A stretch of 64,000 nt of DNA from Escherichia phage vB_EcoM_CUA3. The position numbers and the translations under genes were made by a program. Within the stretch, counting starts at the first letter, position 1, and every line of letters begins with the position of its first letter. The stretch lies in sequence record PP410321. One strand, given 5' to 3'. Under the pieces are notes generated by a model. That model did no database searches. It worked only from the letters and a program-made list of their open reading frames with translations, and was not told where the DNA came from. Of the stretch, positions 43,881 to 54,104 are shown piece after piece.

Positions 43881-44885
43881 TTTGGATACTAATTCAATCC
43901 ATACAGCTCGTAGCGTATCTTTAACACACTCAATGAGCTGCTTTTTAACTTCAACAGGATTTTCGGCATCGGTTAATTCTAATTCTTCACGGGCCGCTTC
44001 TTCCAAAATATCTTGGACCGTCAGTCCCATTACCTTTCCAAAATCTTTAGGTGATACTTCACCAATCTTACTGATAACATTGTTAATACGGTTAACAGTC
44101 ACATAATCAGTGAATTGCCACATCAAGTCCATATCGTCTTGGGACAATACCACTGCAACTTTAATAGGCTTGTCAGACTTTTTCTTCTCGCTGAATTTAG
44201 AGTTCTTACATTTAATCGCTACACGATTTCCATTAGGAAGCCAGATTGGAACATCAGGTTTCAGTACAAAGCCTTCAGCCGTAAATACTTTACCTTCAAC
44301 CTTAGGAATAAAATCAGTCGAGTTAGCAATGGTTAAACCTGCATTATCCACTGCAAAATTATAATCTGGGATAACAGAATCAAAATCATTTGGAAGTTTA
44401 ATAAGGTCTTCAAAGCTACCTGTGGCTAAGCATGGAGCAACCTTAAACTTATGGATAATACAGAAAGCTTCCATAAGGGTATCAGTTAGAACAGATTCGG
44501 TGCCATCTTCTTTAGTAACACGGATATCAAATACATAAAAGTCTTTATCGCCGTAATCCACATTCTTCTGGATACCTGTACCAGCGAACTCACCATAAAT
44601 TTGATATGACTGATAATTAATAGATTCGATTAGATGTTGAACAGATTTAATAGAATCAGCATAGTTCTTAAGTACGATTTCATAGCCGTAGAAATCTTCA
44701 GCAGGGAGAATTGGTCCGGTGCGCTTGGCGCATGTGACTGCGTCACGTTCTATGATTAAACTAAAGTTGGTTCCATGAATCTTCTCACGTGCTACCCATT
44801 CACCGCCAGTCAAACCATTAATACGGAGTTTTTCAATAAACTTATTGTTGTAGTGGTTTTCCAGACTGCTATATTTCTTGAACAT
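43878..44885 (-). CDS. rnlB: RNA ligase 2 (Rnl2)
   Basis: About 335 aa; EKIHGTNFS lysine-containing ligase motif near the N-terminus; length and position match T4 rnlB; ATG at 44883-44885 abuts an N run. Confidence 0.85.
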   Translation of the reverse strand: MFKKYSSLENHYNNKFIEKLRINGLTGGEWVAREKIHGTNFSLIIERDAVTCAKRTGPILPAEDFYGYEIVLKNYADSIKSVQHLIESINYQSYQIYGEFAGTGIQKNVDYGDKDFYVFDIRVTKEDGTESVLTDTLMEAFCIIHKFKVAPCLATGSFEDLIKLPNDFDSVIPDYNFAVDNAGLTIANSTDFIPKVEGKVFTAEGFVLKPDVPIWLPNGNRVAIKCKNSKFSEKKKSDKPIKVAVVLSQDDMDLMWQFTDYVTVNRINNVISKIGEVSPKDFGKVMGLTVQDILEEAAREELELTDAENPVEVKKQLIECVKDTLRAVWIELVSK

Positions 44886-45370
44886 ANNNNNNNNNNNNNN
44901 NNNNNNNNNNNNNNNNNNNNNNNNNNNNNNNNNNNNNNNNNNNNNNNNNNNNNNNNNNNNNNNNNNNNNNNNNNNNNNNNNNNNNNNNNNNNNNNNNNNN
45001 NNNNNNNNNNNNNNNNNNNNNNNNNNNNNNNNNNNNNNNNNNNNNNNNNNNNNNNNNNNNNNNNNNNNNNNNNNNNNNNNNNNNNNNNNNNNNNNNNNNN
45101 NNNNNNNNNNNNNNNNNNNNNNNNNNNNNNNNNNNNNNNNNNNNNNNNNNNNNNNNNNNNNNNNNNNNNNNNNNNNNNNNNNNNNNNNNNNNNNNNNNNN
45201 NNNNNNNNNNNNNNNNNNNNNNNNNNNNNNNNNNNNNNNNNNNNNNNNNNNNNNNNNAATCACCATAATAAATATAATTAAATAGAAGAGTTAGTATTCT
45301 TCTGTCACCAAGCCAAATGGTTTAACGGAAGGACCTAGACCCATTATAACACATCTAAATTTAAAGCATA

Positions 45371-45580
45371 TTACTTTGAACCAGAACGCGCTTTGCGCCG
45401 AACCTTATTGNNNNNNNNNNNNNNNNNNNNNNNNNNNNNNNNNNNNNNNNNNNNNNNNNNNNNNNNNNNNNNNNNNNNNNNNNNNNNNNNNNNNNNNNNN
45501 NNNNNNNNNNNNAATTTTTTAGCAATATCAATAAAATTCATACCAGATTCATGTAAAAAATGTACTTTAATCTTATCCAT
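45371..45580 (-). CDS. small hypothetical protein, largely masked
   Basis: ORF track: MDKIKVHFLHESGMNFIDIAKK … NKVRRKARSGSK with an N block between; weak. Confidence 0.3.
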   Translation of the reverse strand: MDKIKVHFLHESGMNFIDIAKKXXXXXXXXXXXXXXXXXXXXXXXXXXXXXXXXXXXNKVRRKARSGSK

Positions 45581-47613
45581 AACAATTCTCTTGTNNNNNN
45601 NNNNNNNNNNNNNNNNNNNNNNNNNNNNNNNNNNNNNNNNNNNNNNNNNNNNNNNNNNNNNNNNNNNNNNNNNNNNNNNNNNNNNNNNNNNNNNNNNNNN
45701 NNNNNNNNNNNNNNNNNNNNNNNNNNNNNNNNNNNNNNNNNNNNNNNNNNNNNNNNNNNNNNNNNNNNNNNNNNNNNNNNNNNNNNNNNNNNNNNNNNNN
45801 NNNNNNNNNNNNNNNNNNNNNNNNNNNNNNNNNNNNNNNNNNNNNNNNNNNNNNNNNNNNNNNNNNNNNNNNNNNNNNNNNNNNNNNNNNNNNNNNNNNN
45901 NNNNNNNNNNNNNNNNNNNNNNNNNNNNNNNNNNNNNNNNNNNNNNNNNNNNNNNNNNNNNNNNNNNNNNNNNNNNNNNNNNNNNNNNNNNNNNNNNNNN
46001 NNNNNNNNNNNNNNNNNNNNNNNNNNNNNNNNNNNNNNNNNNNNNNNNNNNNNNNNNNNNNNNNNNNNNNNNNNNNNNNNNNNNNNNNNNNNNNNNNNNN
46101 NNNNNNNNNNNNNNNNNNNNNNNNNNNNNNNNNNNNNNNNNNNNNNNNNNNNNNNNNNNNNNNNNNNNNNNNNNNNNNNNNNNNNNNNNNNNNNNNNNNN
46201 NNNNNNNNNNNNNNNNNNNNNNNNNNNNNNNNNNNNNNNNNNNNNNNNNNNNNNNNNNNNNNNNNNNNNNNNNNNNNNNNNNNNNNNNNNNNNNNNNNNN
46301 NNNNNNNNNNNNNNNNNNNNNNNNNNNNNNNNNNNNNNNNNNNNNNNNNNNNNNNNNNNNNNNNNNNNNNNNNNNNNNNNNNNNNNNNNNNNNNNNNNNN
46401 NNNNNNNNNNNNNNNNNNNNNNNNNNNNNNNNNNNNNNNNNNNNNNNNNNNNNNNNNNNNNNNNNNNNNNNNNNNNNNNNNNNNNNNNNNNNNNNNNNNN
46501 NNNNNNNNNNNNNNNNNNNNNNNNNNNNNNNNNNNNNNNNNNNNNNNNNNNNNNNNNNNNNNNNNNNNNNNNNNNNNNNNNNNNNNNNNNNNNNNNNNNN
46601 NNNNNNNNNNNNNNNNNNNNNNNNNNNNNNNNNNNNNNNNNNNNNNNNNNNNNNNNNNNNNNNNNNNNNNNNNNNNNNNNNNNNNNNNNNNNNNNNNNNN
46701 NNNNNNNNNNNNNNNNNNNNNNNNNNNNNNNNNNNNNNNNNNNNNNNNNNNNNNNNNNNNNNNNNNNNNNNNNNNNNNNNNNNNNNNNNNNNNNNNNNNN
46801 NNNNNNNNNNNNNNNNNNNNNNNNNNNNNNNNNNNNNNNNNNNNNNNNNNNNNNNNNNNNNNNNNNNNNNNNNNNNNNNNNNNNNNNNNNNNNNNNNNNN
46901 NNNNNNNNNNNNNNNNNNNNNNNNNNNNNNNNNNNNNNNNNNNNNNNNNNNNNNNNNNNNNNNNNNNNNNNNNNNNNNNNNNNNNNNNNNNNNNNNNNNN
47001 NNNNNNNNNNNNNNNNNNNNNNNNNNNNNNNNNNNNNNNNNNNNNNNNNNNNNNNNNNNNNNNNNNNNNNNNNNNNNNNNNNNNNNNNNNNNNNNNNNNN
47101 NNNNNNNNNNNNNNNNNNNNNNNNNNNNNNNNNNNNNNNNNNNNNNNNNNNNNNNNNNNNNNNNNNNNNNNNNNNNNNNNNNNNNNNNNNNNNNNNNNNN
47201 NNNNNNNNNNNNNNNNNNNNNNNNNNNNNNNNNNNNNNNNNNNNNNNNNNNNNNNNNNNNNNNNNNNNNNNNNNNNNNNNNNNNNNNNNNNNNNNNNNNN
47301 NNNNNNNNNNNNNNNNNNNNNNNNNNNNNNNNNNNNNNNNNNNNNNNNNNNNNNNNNNNNNNNNNNNNNNNNNNNNNNNNNNNNNNNNNNNNNNNNNNNN
47401 NNNNNNNNNNNNNNNNNNNNNNNNNNNNNNNNNNNNNNNNNNNNNNNNNNNNNNNNNNNNNNNNNNNNNNNNNNNNNNNNNNNNNNNNNNNNNNNNNNNN
47501 NNNNNNNNNNNNNNNNNNNNNNNNNNNNNNNNNNNNNNNNNNNNNNNNNNNNNNNNNNNNNNNNNNNNNNNNNNNNNNNNNNNNNNNNNNNNNNNNNNNN
47601 NNNNNNNNNNNNN

Positions 47614-48984
47614 ATGAATAATTCTACCGTTACGAGATTCTTGTACATCAACCTCTGGATAATCGGCGACCATTTTTTGAAGAGTATAGCGATGGAGATA
47701 ATATTCACTATCAGGGTCATCAGTTTTCCAGTCTTTACCTTCAAGTGTCATTTTCTGGATTTCATCCATAACCCACCAACCAGCCCAAATATAAGCTGAA
47801 TTACGAACAGGAAGTGGATGTACATAAGGTAGTTCACCGTCAGGAACAGGAGCCACTTTAGCAGTAATTGTTACATTACCTGTTTTTTTGACCGTCACTG
47901 GGTTATAATCGGTTGCGGAAACCGCAACAGAAACTTCAATAACCTGCGAACCTTCAGCACTTGTATCGATTGCCAAAGTATCCGTGGTGCCTGCAACAGG
48001 TGAACCATCTTTCTTCCAAGAATATGCAAAAGTAGCACCAGCAGGGGCACCGGCTACGGTAGCTTTAAAAGAAGCTGGAATTCCTTCAGAGACATTAATA
48101 GACGGTGGCGTTAAGTTAACAGAAACACCCGTCATAGTCTTTTTAGTAATTGTTACACTTCCTGTTTTGGCAACGGTTAAATCTTTATAATCCGCACCTG
48201 TTAGGACTACCGAAACTTCAATAGAGTAAGAACCTATTGTAGATGTATCGACAGCAAGAATATTGCTGCTTTCGCCTGGAATAATAGAACCATTTTTCTT
48301 CCAAGAATAAGTTGCATTTACACCGGAAGGAGCGCCGATTACATCCGCTTTAAACTGTGCAGATGAGTCTTTCTCTGTACTAATTGAGGCCGGCGTTAAA
48401 GTAACAGAAACACCTGACAAAGTTTTCTTAACAAAAGTTACAGCAGCACCTTTAGTAGCGGTAGCCGAATTATATTCAGGGGCAGTAACGGTAACTTCAC
48501 AGTTCAAAGTGTAATTTGCTTCTGCTGCTTCAGTTATGGTAATAGTTTTACCTGTTTGACCTGATATTACGCTAGTGTTACGTTTCCAAACATAAGCGAT
48601 TGTTGCACCGGAAGGAGCACCTGTTACGTTAGCAGTAACAACCTGAGATTGGCCAATTTCTTTAGAAACGGAAGTAGGGTCTAAGGCCAAAGAAATGGTC
48701 NNNATGGTCTTATTAACTACGGTGACTTCAAAAGTATCTTCAGCTACCTCAGGTTCGCCTTCAGCTGGAGTAGAAGTTGCTACTACCTTTAAAACTTTCT
48801 TACCAGCCGGAGCCGCACCGGTATATTTCAAAACATTGGTTGCCTCTGGATTAGAAGCACCGCCAACGGTCCATACATATGTAATGGTTCCTTCTACAGC
48901 TGCACCTGTTGCGGTAGCAGTGTAGTTGGCACTTTCGCCTATTTTTATAGACGCAGCACCGGCTATACTTACAGTAAAAGCCAT
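47614..48984 (-). CDS. hoc: Hoc outer capsid decoration protein with four Ig-like repeats (C-terminal few residues masked)
   Basis: Four consecutive ~90-aa repeats each ending ...T(V/I)(T/V)xKKT, then …AKVAPVPDGELPYVHPLP…YLHRYTLQKM… matching the T4 Hoc capsid-binding domain as recalled. Confidence 0.85.
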
Positions 48985-48993
48985 AGTTTACCC

Positions 48994-49665
48994 TTATTTT
49001 AAAGTTACGAAAGATGAATTACGTGTTTCACGTACTAATACTGAACCATTACGATTAATGTAATAAATCAGACTGAATAGTGTTTGGTGGGCAGATGGGT
49101 GTTGGAAATCTTTAGGACGTTCTTTCCAATCAGGGGTTTCGGCAATCCATTGATAAATCCACCAAGGCACAGTACAATACCCTGGATTTTTACCAATGAG
49201 TAAAAGATTAGGGCTAAAATTTTCAGGCAAAGAGAATACAGGTTTTTCAGATTCAATAACATTGGTTACAGCCTCTTCGAATTTCTCTTCGATAAAAGGA
49301 GTATCTTCTTCAATAANNNNNNNNNNNNNNNNNNNNNNNNNNNNNNNAACTTCAACCACGGCCTCAGGGGCATCAAATAATAGGGTGGCCTCTTCTTTAG
49401 CGGGTTCAGCACCATCAATAAATTCGTTAGCACCGGTAAGTTCATCAGCGGCGTCAATCAAATCAGAAATAGACAAACCTTCGGTTTCCGGAAGTGGTTC
49501 ATCTGCCAAGGCTTTAAGGCCTTCAGAGATATCGATAATCAAATTATCAAACGAACGGGTTTTCTTAAGTTTTAAACCGAACTGTTCGCCGTATTCGATT
49601 AACTTAGCTTTAGCTTCTTTTTTATCTTCGAGTGCACGAAGCTCTTCAATATATTGAGTATCCAT
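48994..49665 (-). CDS. inh: Inh, inhibitor of the prohead protease
   Basis: 223 aa in the inh position between hoc and uvsW (T4 Inh about 226 aa); short N run inside. Confidence 0.7.
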   Translation of the reverse strand: MDTQYIEELRALEDKKEAKAKLIEYGEQFGLKLKKTRSFDNLIIDISEGLKALADEPLPETEGLSISDLIDAADELTGANEFIDGAEPAKEEATLLFDAPEAVVEVXXXXXXXXXXXIEEDTPFIEEKFEEAVTNVIESEKPVFSLPENFSPNLLLIGKNPGYCTVPWWIYQWIAETPDWKERPKDFQHPSAHQTLFSLIYYINRNGSVLVRETRNSSFVTLK

Positions 49666-49684
49666 AATTAGTCTCTTGTTGGTG

Positions 49685-49692
49685 TATAAATA
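49685..49692 (+). promoter_or_regulatory. late promoter TATAAATA for uvsW
   Basis: Exact TATAAATA 29 nt upstream of the uvsW ATG. Confidence 0.65.
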
Positions 49693-49698
49693 TAACTA

Positions 49699-49706
49699 TA
49701 TTTATA
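49699..49706 (-). promoter_or_regulatory. late promoter TATAAATA (minus strand) for inh
   Basis: Plus tatttata; divergent from the uvsW promoter. Confidence 0.6.
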
Positions 49707-49720
49707 ACTGAGAATTAGAC

Positions 49721-51217
49721 ATGCAAATTCAAGTACATTTTGATAATTTTAGTCATGTTCGTGTTGAGTGTGATGAATCCACCTTCTACGAACTCAGAGA
49801 CTATTTCAGCTTTGAAGCTGATGGATATAAATTTAACCCTAAATACCGATATGGACAATGGGATGGGAGAATTCGTCTTCTAGATTATAACCGTAAACTT
49901 CCATATGGTTTAGTCCCACAAATTAAAAAATTCGCTGACCAGTTTGAATACTCTCTTTGGATAGACCCACGAATTCTTGAACAGGAAGATATTTCACGTG
50001 AAGATTTTGACTCATGGGTGGCTTCACAAGAGATTTATTCAGGTTCTACCAAGATTGAGCCACATTGGTATCAGAATGAAGCCGTATACAACGGCCTGAC
50101 AAAACGACGCGCAATTCTGAATTTACCTACATCTGCAGGTAAATCATTGATTCAGGCGCTCCTGAGTCGATATTACGTTGAGAACTACGAAGGTAAAATT
50201 CTTATCTTAGTTCCTACTACTGCACTCGTAGACCAGATGATTAACGACTTCGTTGATTATCGTTTGTTCCCTAAAGCTGCTATGCTTGGTATTCGTTCAG
50301 GTACTGCTCGTGATTCCGATGCAATGATTTATGTTTCAACTTATCAAACGGCTATTAAACAACCTAAAGAGTGGTTTGCCCAGTTTGGTATGTTTATGAA
50401 CGACGAATGCCATTTAGCAACAGGTAAATCAATTTCTACCATCATCGAAGGCCTTACCAATTGTATGTTTAAATTTGGTTTGTCAGGTTCTTTAAAAGAC
50501 GGTAAAGCCAATTTAATGCAATACATGGGTTTATTTGGCGATGTGTTTAAACCTGTTTCCACCTCTCAATTGATGGAAGAAGGACAGGTCACTGATTTAA
50601 AAATAAACAGTATTTTCCTTCGTTATCCAGACGAATTCACTGTTAAGATGAAAGGTAAAGATTACCAATCAGAAATTAAAGTCATTACTAAGGCTACTCG
50701 TCGTAATAAATGGGTTGCTAATTTAGCTGTTAAACTCGCTAAGAAAGAAGAGAACGTATTCTTGATGTTTAAAAACATCGAGCACGGTAAAACTCTTTTT
50801 GAAATGGTTAAAGAGCAACATAAAGAGGTTTATTACGTATCAGGTGAAGTTAATACAGAAACTCGTAATGCTCTTAAAGTAATGGCGGAAAATGGTAAGG
50901 GTATTATTGTTGTGGCAAGTTATGGTGTATTTTCTACAGGTATTTCCGTTAAGAATCTCCATCATGTAATATTTGCACACCCAGTAAAATCTAAAATCAT
51001 TGTACTCCAGACAATAGGTCGTGTGCTCCGTAAACATGCATCTAAAACAACTGCACAAGTTTGGGACATTATAGACGACATGGGCGTTAAGCCTAAATCA
51101 GCAAATGCTAAAAAGAAATATGTTCATTTGAATTATGCATTAAAACATGCCTTAGAACGTATTCAACGTTATGCTGACGAGAAATTTAATTACGTAATGA
51201 AACAGGTGGATTTATGA
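49721..51217 (+). CDS. uvsW: UvsW DNA/RNA helicase
   Basis: 498 aa; N-terminus matches T4 UvsW as recalled; helicase motifs (LNLPTSAGKS, DECH). Confidence 0.95.
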   Translation: MQIQVHFDNFSHVRVECDESTFYELRDYFSFEADGYKFNPKYRYGQWDGRIRLLDYNRKLPYGLVPQIKKFADQFEYSLWIDPRILEQEDISREDFDSWVASQEIYSGSTKIEPHWYQNEAVYNGLTKRRAILNLPTSAGKSLIQALLSRYYVENYEGKILILVPTTALVDQMINDFVDYRLFPKAAMLGIRSGTARDSDAMIYVSTYQTAIKQPKEWFAQFGMFMNDECHLATGKSISTIIEGLTNCMFKFGLSGSLKDGKANLMQYMGLFGDVFKPVSTSQLMEEGQVTDLKINSIFLRYPDEFTVKMKGKDYQSEIKVITKATRRNKWVANLAVKLAKKEENVFLMFKNIEHGKTLFEMVKEQHKEVYYVSGEVNTETRNALKVMAENGKGIIVVASYGVFSTGISVKNLHHVIFAHPVKSKIIVLQTIGRVLRKHASKTTAQVWDIIDDMGVKPKSANAKKKYVHLNYALKHALERIQRYADEKFNYVMKQVDL

Positions 51218-51441
51218 AGTCCTTTAAAGAAGTTATCTATGAAGCCTCTATTGAGAGCTTCATGTCTAAAATTAGTTCCTGTCAAACCATGGACGGTTTG
51301 GAGGAATTGGAGAAGTATTACAAAACTCGTAGTAAAGAAGCTGAGCTTCGAGATTCGGATGATATCAGCGTTCGTGATGCCCTAGCAGGTAAACGAGCTG
51401 AATTGGAGTCGATGGACGACGAGGAAGAGGAAGATTTCTAA
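51214..51441 (+). CDS. uvsW.1: UvsW.1
   Basis: 75-aa ORF overlapping the uvsW stop, as in T4; acidic C-terminus. Confidence 0.8.
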   Translation: MKSFKEVIYEASIESFMSKISSCQTMDGLEELEKYYKTRSKEAELRDSDDISVRDALAGKRAELESMDDEEEEDF

Positions 51442-51442
51442 A

Positions 51443-51471
51443 CAAAAAAGGCCCAACCTTTCGGAAGGGCC
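51443..51471 (-). terminator. intrinsic terminator hairpin, exact copy of the 4241-4269 element
   Basis: Identical 29-mer caaaaaaggcccaacctttcggaagggcc; on the minus strand the hairpin is followed by a T run. Confidence 0.55.
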
Positions 51472-51501
51472 AATAACCATAAAATGGCTATACACACTAG
51501 A

Positions 51502-51669
51502 CTAAAGTAGTAATTGGGTTTCGTTCAGCTGTTCTTCAGTGTTTTCCGTAACAGGCATGCTTTGAACGTAATTATAACATGAACCCGGATGAACCGGACC
51601 TTTTTCTGTTTCAACAACCAATGCAGCATCGATTGGAGTTTTACAGACAACGCAAATCTTATCTGACAT
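51502..51669 (-). CDS. small Cys-containing protein (55 aa), not in the ORF track
   Basis: Manual translation: MSDKICVVCKTPIDAALVVETEKGPVHPGSCYNYVQSMPVTENTEEQLNETQLLL; ATG preceded by TAAGGAGA; occupies the interval downstream of uvsY. Confidence 0.45.
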   Translation of the reverse strand: MSDKICVVCKTPIDAALVVETEKGPVHPGSCYNYVQSMPVTENTEEQLNETQLLL

Positions 51670-51795
51670 GATTGTCTCCTTAGTTTAACTTACATATCTA
51701 TTTATTACTTGCTAAAGCGGCATTAATGAATTCTTGGAGAAGTTTCATCTTATTAGCATCTACTTTAATGGGTTTGGTATTTTTAGTACGCCTCA

Positions 51796-52230
51796 TTATT
51801 TGCCGGCCTCAAATTGTCTCATCTCATGCATGGTTTTAAGGTTAAACCCTCGCGCCTTAATAGCATCTAGTGCCGAACTACAAAAGTCTTGTAACAAAGC
51901 CCAATACTGGATTGATGTATCGATTTTAATCACGCTAGAATCTGCAGCCATTACGGTCTTTAATTCTGACTTCTCGTATTGGTCCATACAAACCTCATCA
52001 CCAGGCTCTCCACGTCCCGTGTAGAAATCTAATCGCTTCTTAAGAGAGGTCTTTTTCTGGATTTCTAATCGCATTATCTCTTTCTTACAATTCGTATACA
52101 GTCTTAGCCATTTGCTGTGCAGCAAAACGTTGTTCTGTACTTCATACTGTAAACGAGTCCCATCAATCTTTAAATCTTCATCTAATGCATCTTGGAATGA
52201 TTCCAATTTATATTCAATCTCTTTACTCAT
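51796..52230 (-). CDS. uvsY: UvsY recombination mediator
   Basis: Strong match to T4 UvsY (…KSELKTVMAADSSVIKIDTSIQYWALLQDFCSSALDAIKARGFNLK…); start taken at MSKEIEY (ATG 52228-52230). Confidence 0.93.
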   Translation of the reverse strand: MSKEIEYKLESFQDALDEDLKIDGTRLQYEVQNNVLLHSKWLRLYTNCKKEIMRLEIQKKTSLKKRLDFYTGRGEPGDEVCMDQYEKSELKTVMAADSSVIKIDTSIQYWALLQDFCSSALDAIKARGFNLKTMHEMRQFEAGK

Positions 52231-52288
52231 CGCATGTTTCCTGTTGAATGACCATAGGACCATTATACACTATTTGTTTGTACAGCAA

Positions 52289-52678
52289 TTAACCACTTTG
52301 TGAGAGCTGGATTCTAATTTGCTCTAACGTATCCGGGTCATCAACAATACTAAACTGGACGGTTACTATAATAGAGTTGTCATCATAAACAGGGGTAACG
52401 CCTACAGCAAGAGCAGAAATTCTAGGTTCGAAGTTCCGCACAGCGGAAACTATATTACGCTTAATGGTATCCGTGATTAATGGAGTAATATTCTCAAACA
52501 GTTGATTACTGATATCACATCCAAATTCAGGCATAAAAGGGCGAGAGCCTTTACGAGTAGTAATAATGCCTAACAAACTATTTTTTACTGCACGGGCCCC
52601 TGTAGCTTTAGCGACGTCTCTATTCCAAGACGTCCTCATTTCAGGGTCTAAATCTGAATACATTTTATTGATATTCAT
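52289..52678 (-). CDS. 25: gp25 baseplate wedge subunit
   Basis: 129 aa; strong match to T4 gp25 (…NSLLGIITTRKGSRPF.PEFGCD…). Confidence 0.95.
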   Translation of the reverse strand: MNINKMYSDLDPEMRTSWNRDVAKATGARAVKNSLLGIITTRKGSRPFMPEFGCDISNQLFENITPLITDTIKRNIVSAVRNFEPRISALAVGVTPVYDDNSIIVTVQFSIVDDPDTLEQIRIQLSQSG

Positions 52679-53301
52679 TACATCACCTTAAAGAACTCTT
52701 TAAGTCCCTCAATAACGTGGACGGTATGCTCACCACATTCACAAGAAATAGGTATGGCCAAAATAGGCTTAGGGGTGACTAGAGCATCATAAACTTCTTT
52801 TACATCTTTTTCTGTTATCACAGAATAAAGGTCGTCTAGTTCCGCATCACTTAAATCAGAAAGAAGAAGCTTTTCGCCGGCAGAAGTTAAAATATAATCG
52901 ATACACCCTGCAACCATCATAGCCCTATTTTTGTCTTCAAAGAGCTTAGGATATCTGAACACTATTTTAAAGTTGCCAAAGTCCTTAATAACATCGGGCT
53001 CTTTACCTAATGTAGTGCGAGTTAACGTCATAGGGACCACCTGTGAGCGACCACAACTACAAACCCACTCACGTTCTATATTCACTTCAGCCAATGAATG
53101 GGCCCACAGGTTTATCACCAGGAGCTCAGATTCTTGCTTGTTTAAATCACGAGCATCTGTGCAATTCAAAATGAGTTCATTGATAAAGGACTCTATTCTG
53201 TCTTCTAATTTAGCTTGGAGCAAGTCCTTATACTCTCTGAGGGTAAATGCTCTGCATTTTATGGTCTTGTTTTTAATTTTTACGTCAAAAGTATAATTCA
53301 T
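52678..53301 (-). CDS. 26: gp26 baseplate hub subunit
   Basis: 207 aa (T4 gp26 208); synteny; TAATG stop/start overlap with gene 25. Confidence 0.88.
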   Translation of the reverse strand: MNYTFDVKIKNKTIKCRAFTLREYKDLLQAKLEDRIESFINELILNCTDARDLNKQESELLVINLWAHSLAEVNIEREWVCSCGRSQVVPMTLTRTTLGKEPDVIKDFGNFKIVFRYPKLFEDKNRAMMVAGCIDYILTSAGEKLLLSDLSDAELDDLYSVITEKDVKEVYDALVTPKPILAIPISCECGEHTVHVIEGLKEFFKVM

Positions 53302-53319
53302 TGTCTTCTCCTTTAAGCT

Positions 53320-53327
53320 TATTTATA
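53320..53327 (-). promoter_or_regulatory. late promoter TATAAATA (minus strand) for gene 26
   Basis: Plus tatttata; overlaps the plus-strand promoter for gene 51. Confidence 0.6.
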
Positions 53328-53331
53328 AATA
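53324..53331 (+). promoter_or_regulatory. late promoter TATAAATA for gene 51
   Basis: Exact TATAAATA 20 nt upstream of the gp51 ATG. Confidence 0.65.
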
Positions 53332-53351
53332 CATCAATAAGAGGATACCCT

Positions 53352-54104
53352 ATGGCTAATATAGTACGTTGTGAAATGCCTGATGGAGTCCACCGATTTA
53401 AGCCTTTTACAGTAGCTGATTATCGTGATTTTATTTTGATTCGAAATGATATGAATAGTAAATCACCTGAAGAGCAAAAACAAATTTTAGATGAGTTACT
53501 GGAAGAATACTTTGGTGAGTACCCTGTGTCATGGCGCCCATACATGTTTATTGAACTGTATACGTCATCTCTTGGCAAGACTAAAATTCCTATCCGATAC
53601 ACTTGCAGTAAGTGTGAAAAAGATAGACAAGTTTTATTTAATTTGAAGCAGGCTAAGTTGGACAACCCTACAATTGAAGTGGCCGGCTTAAAACTGACAT
53701 TCAAATTCCCTGAAATAGAATATCATGATAAGTCTGAATTAATTTTGAATACCATCCAGTCAGTAGAAGATGAAAATGGGGTTTATAATTGGTCGGACCT
53801 TTCTGAAGAGGACCAGTTAGCTGTAATAGATGCTATAGACTTATCTACTTTAGAAGATATAGTCAAACAAACCAGCCCTATTCATTTCGAGCTCAAATAC
53901 GGGTGTTGTAATCGTAGAACAATTACATATACCGATATTTTAGAGGTGTTTAAGCTTATAGTCAATCCGGATGAGATATTTTTATTTTACCAAATAAACC
54001 ATTTACTGGTAAAGAACAATTATTCATTAGAAAGCATTATGCATATGATTCCAATCGAACGTGGTATTGCTTTGTCTTTGGTTGAAAAGGACCTTAAGAA
54101 ATGA
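53352..54104 (+). CDS. 51: gp51 baseplate hub assembly catalyst
   Basis: Start at MANIV (ATG 53352 after GAGGA); match to T4 gp51 (…[18 protein letters not shown]…). Confidence 0.9.
   Translation: MANIVRCEMPDGVHRFKPFTVADYRDFILIRNDMNSKSPEEQKQILDELLEEYFGEYPVSWRPYMFIELYTSSLGKTKIPIRYTCSKCEKDRQVLFNLKQAKLDNPTIEVAGLKLTFKFPEIEYHDKSELILNTIQSVEDENGVYNWSDLSEEDQLAVIDAIDLSTLEDIVKQTSPIHFELKYGCCNRRTITYTDILEVFKLIVNPDEIFLFYQINHLLVKNNYSLESIMHMIPIERGIALSLVEKDLKK

Noticed and set aside
45393-47744. Plus ORFs 45393..47621 and 45560..47617 and minus ORF 45573..47744 (685-742 aa)
   Set aside because: Span the 2 kb N block; no sequence support.
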